From Planctomycetales bacterium (GTDB taxonomy: Bacteria; Planctomycetota; Planctomycetia; Planctomycetales; Planctomycetaceae), in contig JAPLOA010000065.1 of the NCBI GenBank assembly GCA_026400835.1, positions 4,189-68,188 of the forward strand: 64,000 nt of DNA, read 5' to 3'. Under the pieces are notes generated by a model, which saw nothing but the letters and a program-made list of their open reading frames with translations, had not been told where the DNA came from and ran no database searches. This document shows positions 47,653 through 55,020 of the stretch, piece after piece; position 1 is the first letter of the stretch, and every line of letters starts with the position of its first letter. A program made the translations under genes and the position numbers.

Positions 47653-47885
47653 TTCAACCCCAACGGGGTTTTACAACAAAGCCTGGGGTCGCCGTGACAA
47701 CGGCGCACCCCAGGAAAGGTTGCCCTGCGATTTGAACCCCAACGGGGTTCCACAATTCGTTGTTGCGATACCTGATTAAAGAATGATGTCCGTGCTGTGG
47801 AACCCCATTGGGGTTCTGGAAATTCCCTGTTACGGTACCTGGGGTGCGCCGCAAGGCGGCGACCCCAGGCTTTGTTGTGTAACCC
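47653..47885. repeat. composite palindromic REP cluster (families C and D)
   Basis: C hairpins CCTGGGGTCGCCG...CGGCGCACCCCAGG at 47682-47714, and inverted at 47838-47869. D palindromes AACCCCAACGGGGTT at 47656, 47734 and 47799. The block as a whole is an imperfect ~230-bp inverted repeat. Confidence 0.75.
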
Positions 47886-47951
47886 GTACCTGGTTGAATC
47901 GCAGAATTCCTTGAGTTGGATTCTTCGTAGTTCGCCGTGCGGCGAAAGTCG

Positions 47952-48111
47952 AAAGTAGCCGTCTCGCTCCGCCGAGACGAGCCTTTGAGCTTTCGCGGGC
48001 AAGACAAAATGCAGGCCGCTATGTGTCAAGACGTTGCAAAAATCTGCCGCCCAGATGGCTGCGAGCGGGGCACTGCAAGGCTCGTCTCGGCGGAGCGAGA
48101 CGGCTACTTTG
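47952..48111. mobile_element. MITE/REP-like element, family A copy 3 (uninterrupted)
   Basis: 34-nt perfect terminal inverted repeat AAAGTAGCCGTCTCGCTCCGCCGAGACGAGCCTT at 47952-47985, with its reverse complement ending at 48110. Confidence 0.65.
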
Positions 48112-48150
48112 CTGATCTCGGAATCACTGGGTCGAATCACATCAACGGCG

Positions 48151-48783
48151 TTAAAGCATGGGCTTAACGACCGAGGTTTCAATCAGCCCGAGCAGTCGGT
48201 CGGCCACTTCTTCTTTGGTGCCTTTGAAGAGGGCGATGGTTTCGGCTTCCGGAGAGAGCACTTCAACGGTGTTTGTGAGTGAACCAATCGCCGACGTATC
48301 GTTGAGTACGATGCAGTTGCAATTCTTCATCCGCAACTTACGCATGGCGTTGTTGCGAGGATCCTGCGACTCGAGGGCAAAGCCAACGACCCAGCGATGG
48401 CCCTTTTGACCACCAAGCTCTGCCAACACATCCGACGTTTCTGTCAGCTCAAGAGTAATCGGATGGCCGGTCTTCGTGATCTTTCCGCTGATGCGTTCTT
48501 TGGGGCGATAGTCGCAAACTGCCGCTGTGGCAATAACACCGTCGCACTCTGGAAACAGTTCGAGACATCGCTGGCGTAATTGATCGGTCGTTTCGATGCG
48601 ATGGACTGTACATCCTGCCGGTGCGGACTGCTCAACAGGGCCTGTGACAAGTTCGACCTGATGACCACGAGCTAACGCGGCGGCGGCGAGCGAATAGCCC
48701 ATACGGCCACTGCTGGCGTTCGAAAGAAAACGAACGTCGTCTATATACTCGCGAGTCGGTCCCGCCGTGATCAGAATCTTCAT
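48151..48783 (-). CDS. coaB: phosphopantothenate-cysteine ligase (separate CoaB polypeptide)
   Basis: 210 aa. [29 protein letters not shown] aligns with the C-terminal half of E. coli Dfp ([25 protein letters not shown]). Confidence 0.85.
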   Translation of the reverse strand: [210 protein letters not shown]

Positions 48784-48791
48784 GTCGGTCC

Positions 48792-49385
48792 TTATTCCGC
48801 TTGACTGGTGCGAGCCTGATTAGTGCCAGCATGTTGGCTCAGCAACGACACCATGGCCTTGATGATATTGCCGGGATCCGACAATCGACCTGCACCAACC
48901 TGCCCGCAACTAAGCCAGCCCTCGTCGGGACCCACAAACGTGTATCCATCGTCTCTGAGCTGGGCCACGTTTCGCTGGACAGCCGGCTTGGCCCACATGT
49001 CGCAGTTCATAGCAGGTGCTAACAACACCGGCGCCGTAACCACCAGCAGAGTTGTACTCAGTAAATCATCGGCCATCCCATGAGCCAGCCGTGCAATCGT
49101 CTGAGCTGTTGCCGGAGCCACGACTGCCAACTCTGCGCGCTGAGCCAACCCGATATGCTCACCCTGAAAATGTTCTTTCGCTTCGAACGCATATGAATAG
49201 ACCGGTCGACGCGTCAGTGCTTCGAAGGTTCGAGCTCCGATAAACTGATGTGCGGATTCCGTCATGATGACCGTAACCTTCGCTCCGCGCTGAACCAGGC
49301 GACTGCAAAGGTCAGCGGCCTTGTAGGCGGCAACACCTCCGGAGACACCCAGCAGAATTTCGCGATTGTGAAGTACGTCTGTCAT
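48792..49385 (-). CDS. coaC: phosphopantothenoylcysteine decarboxylase flavoprotein (separate CoaC polypeptide)
   Basis: 197 aa. ILLGVSGGVAAYKAADL...VIMTESA..FI...VVAPATAQTIARLAHGMADDLL...PAMN aligns with the N-terminal half of Dfp. Its TAA stop lies 8 nt before the coaB ATG. Confidence 0.85.
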   Translation of the reverse strand: MTDVLHNREILLGVSGGVAAYKAADLCSRLVQRGAKVTVIMTESAHQFIGARTFEALTRRPVYSYAFEAKEHFQGEHIGLAQRAELAVVAPATAQTIARLAHGMADDLLSTTLLVVTAPVLLAPAMNCDMWAKPAVQRNVAQLRDDGYTFVGPDEGWLSCGQVGAGRLSDPGNIIKAMVSLLSQHAGTNQARTSQAE

Positions 49386-49469
49386 GGCAGATTGTGGTCA
49401 TATTAAAAAAACAGCCCTGAGACTCGATGACGATCCTCAGGGCATAGATTCGACAAGTGGCCGGTCTGA

Positions 49470-49757
49470 TCAAAGATCGTCGATACCGGGACCACCATCT
49501 TCGGCCAGCAAGCGATCGAGCTTGTCGACCAGTGCGGAATCGTCCTCAACGGCCTTCAGGTTGCCGGTGGCGTCCAGATAAATCTTATCGCCCATGATTT
49601 CGGCGACCACAATCTGCATCAGGTCCTTCGTCTGCAGATCAACCAGAGCCCGCGCGCCACGGTTCAGTGCAACCATGCGTTTCTGGATCAGGGCGGTCAT
49701 CTTGAAACGACCTCCGACCTTGCGGGCGATTTCGTCTTCACGGAATTCATCAAGCAT
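49470..49757 (-). CDS. rpoZ: DNA-directed RNA polymerase omega subunit
   Basis: 95 aa. [21 protein letters not shown] resembles the omega core (GNRF.L...A.RAR.L). The gmk-rpoZ context is canonical. Confidence 0.8.
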   Translation of the reverse strand: MLDEFREDEIARKVGGRFKMTALIQKRMVALNRGARALVDLQTKDLMQIVVAEIMGDKIYLDATGNLKAVEDDSALVDKLDRLLAEDGGPGIDDL

Positions 49758-50340
49758 TTCGAGCCTTCTCCTCCGCCTTCAGTATCTCACAGATCTCGCT
49801 GACCGCGGTTTCCAGCTGATCGTTCACAACCACATATTTGTAACGGTCGGACAACTGCAGTTCTTTCTCCGCAGTCGCCAGCCGACGTTGAATCACTTCT
49901 TCGGATTCCGTTCCACGAGCCCTCAATCGGCGCTCAAACTCTCCGGGCGACGGCGTACAAAGGAAAATCGTAACAGCATTTGGGTACTGCTGCATAACTT
50001 TCATCGCTCCCTGGACGTCAATTTCCAGGAATGCCCACCCACCCTGACTCCAGGCTCGATCCATCTCCGATGACAGCGTTCCGTAGAGAAATCCCGAAGA
50101 AAACACCTCGGCATGCTCCAGAAACTGGCCTTCAGCCAGTCGCTTGCGGAACTCTGCATCCGTCAAAAACCAATAATCTGTGCCATTCACCTCGTTTGGA
50201 CGAGGCGGTCGAGTCGTTGCGGAAATCGACATGACCAGCTTGACCGGAGCGCGATCGACCAGCAACCGCACCAGTGTGGATTTGCCACTTCCACTTGGCC
50301 CGGACAGCACCACAATCCGCTCTTGTTGGCCCTGACTCAT
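49750..50340 (-). CDS. gmk: guanylate kinase
   Basis: 196 aa. P-loop [24 protein letters not shown], and the rest typical. Confidence 0.93.
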   Translation of the reverse strand: MSQGQQERIVVLSGPSGSGKSTLVRLLVDRAPVKLVMSISATTRPPRPNEVNGTDYWFLTDAEFRKRLAEGQFLEHAEVFSSGFLYGTLSSEMDRAWSQGGWAFLEIDVQGAMKVMQQYPNAVTIFLCTPSPGEFERRLRARGTESEEVIQRRLATAEKELQLSDRYKYVVVNDQLETAVSEICEILKAEEKARNA

Positions 50341-51221
50341 TACTCCACGTTCTGCAGGACTTCCCGCATCCGCTCAATTGCCGCTTTCATCTCCACGACG
50401 CTCAGTGCAATCGTGACATGATTGGCCTTCGAGCCAATCGTATTGATCTCTCGAAACATCTCCTGACCAATAAATTCCAGTTTGCGTCCCTGAGACGTTT
50501 CACCGTTCAGCAGCCGACGAAACTGCTCGGTATGACTTCGCAGTCGCGTGATCTCTTCATTGATGTCACAGCGGTCAGCGAACAACGCGACCTCGCGTAT
50601 CACATCATTCTCGCTGATATTCACAGAGGCGTCACCGATCAGGCGACGAACACGTTCCAGAATTTTGTCGCGGTACTCGGTAACAACCTGTGGAGTTAGA
50701 AGTGCGACCTGGCGGCCTTCGTTCTCAATGACCTCGCATTGCTTCTCGAGATCCTGCCGCATCGACTCACCTTCGCGGCGACGAAAGTCTTCGAAGTGAT
50801 CAAGTGATTCCTTCAACGAAGCTTCAACAGCAGGCCACAATGAGTTAACAAATTCTTCGGGCAGCTCTGTCTGTGAAACAACGCCCGGAAGCGACAGTAA
50901 CTCGCCAAGAGTCGCGGAGTTCACTTTTGCGTCGCCGGAGATCTCCGCAAGCTGTCGTTGAAAACTTCTCAACAGATCCTGGTCAATCCGGTACTCACTT
51001 TGACCACTCGTAAACCTAACACGGATCGAGAGTTGAACCGAGCCACGCGTCACACGTGACCGAACCAGTTTTTCAATCTCGGCTTCGAATCGAGCCACTG
51101 AATCGGGCATACGCACCGAAATCTTCAAGTACCGATTGTTGACGGACTTGATCTCTGAACTGACGTGGACACCCTCCGTTTGCAACGAAGCGTTTCCAAA
51201 ACCTGTCATGCTGAGCAGCAC
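50340..51221 (-). CDS. yicC: YicC-family stress-induced protein (DUF1732)
   Basis: 293 aa. SMTGFG...E.KSVNNRYL start and C-terminal [17 protein letters not shown] motif. Confidence 0.88.
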   Translation of the reverse strand: MLLSMTGFGNASLQTEGVHVSSEIKSVNNRYLKISVRMPDSVARFEAEIEKLVRSRVTRGSVQLSIRVRFTSGQSEYRIDQDLLRSFQRQLAEISGDAKVNSATLGELLSLPGVVSQTELPEEFVNSLWPAVEASLKESLDHFEDFRRREGESMRQDLEKQCEVIENEGRQVALLTPQVVTEYRDKILERVRRLIGDASVNISENDVIREVALFADRCDINEEITRLRSHTEQFRRLLNGETSQGRKLEFIGQEMFREINTIGSKANHVTIALSVVEMKAAIERMREVLQNVE

Positions 51222-51379
51222 GATGAATTACCTTGCGGGAAAGAACCGACTTGTGAAGCTCGGCAACCAATGGCTTTCAACGAACAGGCAGATCGATAAG
51301 AACTGCCGACACTTGGACTCATGAAATCAAAGAGCCCGGTCGACCGGATGACCCGGTCGACGAACGGAACGCAGCGGGG

Positions 51380-52066
51380 TTATTCTGGCTTGGCAGGAGC
51401 GGCTGGCTCTTCCGTCGCAGGAGCAGCAGGCTCTGCAGGCTTTTCTGCGGGAGCTGGCGATTCTGGAGTAGCAGGAGGCGTCGTTCCTTCTGCCGGTGGA
51501 GCAGAGTCCGCAGGCTTCTCTGCAGGAGCGGCTGGCTCTTCTTTCGTGGCATCGCCTTCAGCAGGGGCGGCGGGAGTTTCAGCCTTCTTTTCTGCTTCAG
51601 GAGCTGCTCCTTCAGCGGCCTTCTTTTCTTCTCCATCGGCCTTTGCTTCGCCTGCAGGAGCGGCTTCGTTCTTCGCAGCGTCTTCTGACTTCGCGTCAGA
51701 CTTTTCGCTCTTGCCAGACTTGGCTTCTTCGGCCGCTTTCTTCTCGTCAGCGGCCTTCTTTTCGGCCGCTGCTTTTGCTTCAGGAGTCTCAACGAAACCG
51801 GACTTCTCTCCAGTGGCCGCAGCTCTTGCATCCTTGCGGATCAAGATGCCAAGCACGCCCCCCATCAGAATCCAGATGACAGCAAGCACAATGGTGACGC
51901 GAGTAAACGTGTCACCAGCCCGAGTTCCGAAAGCGCTCTGGCCGCCCATGCCACCGAAAGCCCCCGCAAGCCCGCCGCCTCGACCACGCTGGATCAATAC
52001 AAGCAGAATCATGAACAGGCTGACCATGATCAGCAGGATGGTGAGGGTTACGATGAAAAATGACAT
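51380..52066 (-). CDS. secG: preprotein translocase subunit SecG with long low-complexity C-terminal extension
   Basis: The first ~76 aa ([36 protein letters not shown] + second TM) are canonical SecG. They are followed by ~150 aa rich in A/E/K/P. tpiA lies upstream, as in many bacteria. Confidence 0.8.
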   Translation of the reverse strand: MSFFIVTLTILLIMVSLFMILLVLIQRGRGGGLAGAFGGMGGQSAFGTRAGDTFTRVTIVLAVIWILMGGVLGILIRKDARAAATGEKSGFVETPEAKAAAEKKAADEKKAAEEAKSGKSEKSDAKSEDAAKNEAAPAGEAKADGEEKKAAEGAAPEAEKKAETPAAPAEGDATKEEPAAPAEKPADSAPPAEGTTPPATPESPAPAEKPAEPAAPATEEPAAPAKPE

Positions 52067-52141
52067 CTGACTGACTGCTCCACGCTAAAACAAACCGCGG
52101 ACACTCCTGCCCGACAATCTCTATTGATTCTAAACGCGAAA

Positions 52142-52161
52142 AGACGGACTGAGGTCCGTCT
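52142..52161 (-). terminator. stem-loop AGACGGAC/GTCCGTCT with short U-run on the minus strand (attenuator or terminator between tpiA and secG)
   Basis: 8-bp perfect stem with a 4-nt loop. On the minus strand it is followed by TTTTCGCG. Confidence 0.35.
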
Positions 52162-52242
52162 CATGCGAACGTTCTTTTTAATGCCCCATCTGCAGGCATC
52201 GAGTTAACCAAACGACCGTGCTCTGCCAGACCTAAAGTGTAG

Positions 52243-52290
52243 GTTGGACATTCTTGTCCGACAGACCTGCGACGGGCAACAATGCCCATC
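52243..52290. repeat. two short REP-like hairpins downstream of tpiA
   Basis: GTTGGACA TTCT TGTCCGAC (52243-52262) and GACGGGCA ACAA TGCCCATC (52271-52290), each with one mismatch. Confidence 0.45.
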
Positions 52291-52319
52291 GTACCCGAAA
52301 ATGCAGCCCTGACGAAGCA

Positions 52320-53090
52320 CTATGTGCTCAACTTGCGAGCCGCTTCAATGATCGGAACAAAGGTCGAAGCCTTGAGGCTGGCCCCACCCACAAGTGCCCC
52401 GTCAACATTAGGCTGACCGAGCAATGTTTCGGCGTTATCGGCCTTCACACTTCCGCCGTACAGGATCCGAACTTTCTCCGAAAACGCAGGAGTATAGCGG
52501 CGAGCCAGCCACTTGCGAAGATGTTCATGGGCAGATTCAGCCTGCTCTGGAGTTGCCGTAACACCTGTACCGATCGCCCAGACAGGTTCGTAGGCGATGA
52601 CTACCTGAGCCGCCTCTGCCTCGGAGACCCCGGCCAAACCACCTTCCATCTGCCGATCCAGCACCTCTTCGGTCTGGCCAGATTGACGTTCGCTGAGCAA
52701 TTCACCGACACAAAGCACGGCCGCCAAGCCACCGGCAACAGCCGCACGGACCTTCCGATTGATGATCGCGTCCGTCTCACCCATCACGTGGCGGCGTTCG
52801 CTGTGGCCCAAAATTACGTAGCGACAGCCACAATCTCGCAGCATGTCGACCGCGACTTCGCCCGTAAATGCACCTGGAGCTTCAAAATAGGCATCCTGAG
52901 CACCCAAGTGAACAGCACTGCCAGCCAGCGTTTCCCCAACTGCCAGCAAATAAGGGTATGGAGGGCAAACCAGCACCTCAACACCAGCTTCAGCCTGAGG
53001 AACAACCGCAGCCAATTCTTTCGCCAGAGCAACCCCTGACTGGCGAGTCGTGTTCATCTTCCAATTACCGGCGATCAAAAAACGTCGCAT
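52320..53090 (-). CDS. tpiA: triosephosphate isomerase
   Basis: 256 aa. [25 protein letters not shown] and YGGSV motifs. Confidence 0.95.
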   Translation of the reverse strand: MRRFLIAGNWKMNTTRQSGVALAKELAAVVPQAEAGVEVLVCPPYPYLLAVGETLAGSAVHLGAQDAYFEAPGAFTGEVAVDMLRDCGCRYVILGHSERRHVMGETDAIINRKVRAAVAGGLAAVLCVGELLSERQSGQTEEVLDRQMEGGLAGVSEAEAAQVVIAYEPVWAIGTGVTATPEQAESAHEHLRKWLARRYTPAFSEKVRILYGGSVKADNAETLLGQPNVDGALVGGASLKASTFVPIIEAARKLST

Positions 53091-53177
53091 AGTGACACTA
53101 GACTTTCAAAGGCATCAATTATGGTGAGCACTGAACAAAAACACGCCGAAAACGGTACCCAGTGGATCCGCACAAAA

Positions 53178-54359
53178 CTATTTGGAGGGCTCACTTCGAG
53201 GATATGATCCCAGAATTTCCAGCCGATCCGGAGGCAAACTTTCCAGCTCTTTCAGAGCCTTCTTGATCCGAGGCTCAGAAATGTGCCCCTCGAAGTCCAG
53301 GAAGAACAAATAGCCCACGGCAGGCTGTCTCAAAGGGAAGGATTCGATCCATGTGAGATTAATTTTGTTCCGGCGGAAAGCCTCCAAAGCGTCAGACAAT
53401 GACCCCGGACGATGAGGAATCTGCAGCAGAACAGCCGTGCGATCTGACCCGGTCGGATCTGCAACACTGTCTCCAATGACCGCAAAACGAGTCACATTGT
53501 TGCGATTGTCTTCAATACACTCAGCTACAATTGGCACATCATACTGCATCGCCGCCTGATGGCTGGCCACAGCCGCCACATTTGGCTTATCACGAGCCAA
53601 CTGGGCTGCTGTCGAAGTACTTGTCACCTCGATCTGCCGAGCATGCGGCATGTTCTTGGACAACCAATCCCGGCACTGGGACAACGCCTGAGGCTTGCTG
53701 TAGATCTCGGAGATTTCACTGCGATCACACCGAGCCAGCAGGTTGTGATGTACGTGAACCTGCACTTCCCCGCAAATTCGCAGCGGCAGCCGAGTGAACA
53801 TGTCCAGCGTGTCAACAATTCGGCCATCCGTGCTGTTTTCGATCGGAACCAAGCCGAAATCAACATGACCTCGATTCACTTCCTCGAACACGGTCGCAAT
53901 CGTGCTGACCGGCACCAGATCAGCAGCCTCGCCGAAGCGAGCAATCGCCGCCTGATGCGTAAAGCTATACGCCGGGCCAAGATACGCTACACGAATACTC
54001 TTGATTCGCTGACGACCGGCACTCATTAATGGCCGGAAGATCGTCTTGATCTCTGCCGAGGTCAGCGGCCCCTGGTTGACTCGATCGATCATCGACCAGA
54101 CCTGCTGCTGATCCTGATCACTGAACATGATCTTGGACGGCGTCTGCACGCCTTTCATCTTCTCCAGATAGAGGGACGCTCGCTTATTCAATAACCCGAC
54201 CAACTGCTCATCAAGCTGAGAAAGCTGGATTTCAGGGGAAACTGCCGTCGGTGGCACCACCTGAGCCGGAACGGACTTTGGCCGAGCAGGAACGGTCGCT
54301 GCCGGGGCTTTCTTCGCCACCTTCTTTACAGGAGTCTTTGCGATCGGTTTCTTTGCCAT
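53178..54359 (-). CDS. pheA: bifunctional chorismate mutase / prephenate dehydratase (P-protein)
   Basis: CM helix [19 protein letters not shown] domain [17 protein letters not shown], and ACT domain [24 protein letters not shown]. The ORF opens at 54566. ATG 54359 gives a Lys/Ala/Pro-rich N-terminal tail; a downstream GTG start is possible. Confidence 0.88.
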   Translation of the reverse strand: MAKKPIAKTPVKKVAKKAPAATVPARPKSVPAQVVPPTAVSPEIQLSQLDEQLVGLLNKRASLYLEKMKGVQTPSKIMFSDQDQQQVWSMIDRVNQGPLTSAEIKTIFRPLMSAGRQRIKSIRVAYLGPAYSFTHQAAIARFGEAADLVPVSTIATVFEEVNRGHVDFGLVPIENSTDGRIVDTLDMFTRLPLRICGEVQVHVHHNLLARCDRSEISEIYSKPQALSQCRDWLSKNMPHARQIEVTSTSTAAQLARDKPNVAAVASHQAAMQYDVPIVAECIEDNRNNVTRFAVIGDSVADPTGSDRTAVLLQIPHRPGSLSDALEAFRRNKINLTWIESFPLRQPAVGYLFFLDFEGHISEPRIKKALKELESLPPDRLEILGSYPRSEPSK

Positions 54360-54642
54360 CAGCCTGCCCAGCCCTCGCGCGAGTAAACATCCGGCGAGTT
54401 TCAGACTTGCTGACCGGCTCTTCAGTAGGACCCCGCACGCAGGAACGAGCGAAACCGCAACGGCTCGATAACACTCCCGGACATCCCATCCGAACAAGTG
54501 ACGGAGCTGAACCTCGCCTCTCAATAGACACTCCGGCCTTGTACAGGCGTCAAAATTGAGTGTCAAGCGGGGGGGTGTCTCTCTCTAAAATCCGATCCAC
54601 TTCGCACCTTCCCCCAACACAAAGAACTCTCAATCTCTCAAC

Positions 54643-54695
54643 GTGCCAGACTGGCACGCCACATCCCGCGTCAAGAGAAAGTGCCTTTTTGGCAC
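54643..54695. promoter_or_regulatory. two GTGCC-N5-GGCAC dyads in the pheA-dnaK divergent region (candidate operators)
   Basis: GTGCCAGACTGGCAC (54643-54657) and GTGCCTTTTTGGCAC (54681-54695), with centres 38 nt apart. Confidence 0.3.
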
Positions 54696-55020
54696 CAGCG
54701 ATCCTCGCGCCCAACAACGAATCGCCCTGCCACTATGACATTTTCCGCCCCAAGCAGCGAACATTTATTTTCCTTAAATCAATTACTCATAACAACTTAC
54801 ACCAAAGCAACTCCAACGGCATGGAACCTGCTAAGTGGGATCGTGACCTGTCGAAGTGATTCAATGCTCAAGACGACAGACCACCTTTCTTTCAATTCTC
54901 CGCTTTCGCAGTACCCCGGTTCTGGTGCGGCGAGCCTTCAAAACCAGTCATTTAACAAAATGCAGTTGCCGCGATACCGGATCGCGCGACTGCGGACAGA
55001 AGTCTCAGAGGAGCGTCGTC

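Noticed and set aside
45584-48111. Possibility that the repeated 34-44-nt units form a CRISPR array
   Set aside because: The copies occur in both orientations and the spacing is irregular (about 90 to 1400 nt). The supposed spacers are homologous to each other, and no cas genes are present.
47568-48182. 204-aa minus-strand ORF and other ORFs in 45400-46500 and 47520-48280 (for example 45761..45943, 46048..46242, 47654..48007)
   Set aside because: They are read-throughs of the A/B/C/D palindromic repeats. The same peptide strings (KAQRLVSAERDGY, VAVSLRRDEP, EPRWGS/NPNGV) recur in both orientations, which is the signature of translated REP DNA rather than genes.
51319-52070. ORFs 51319..51831 (-), 51321..52070 (+) and 51496..51879 (+)
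   Set aside because: These are alternative frames of the low-complexity GC-rich repeat that encodes the SecG tail. Only the 51380..52066 frame starts with a recognisable SecG domain.
52254-53039. 261-aa plus-strand ORF
   Set aside because: Antisense to tpiA.
54651-54700. Sigma-54 promoter suggested by the TGGCAC hexamers upstream of dnaK
   Set aside because: Neither TGGCAC is followed at N5 by the TTGC(A/T) -12 element. The hexamers are better explained as halves of dyad symmetries.
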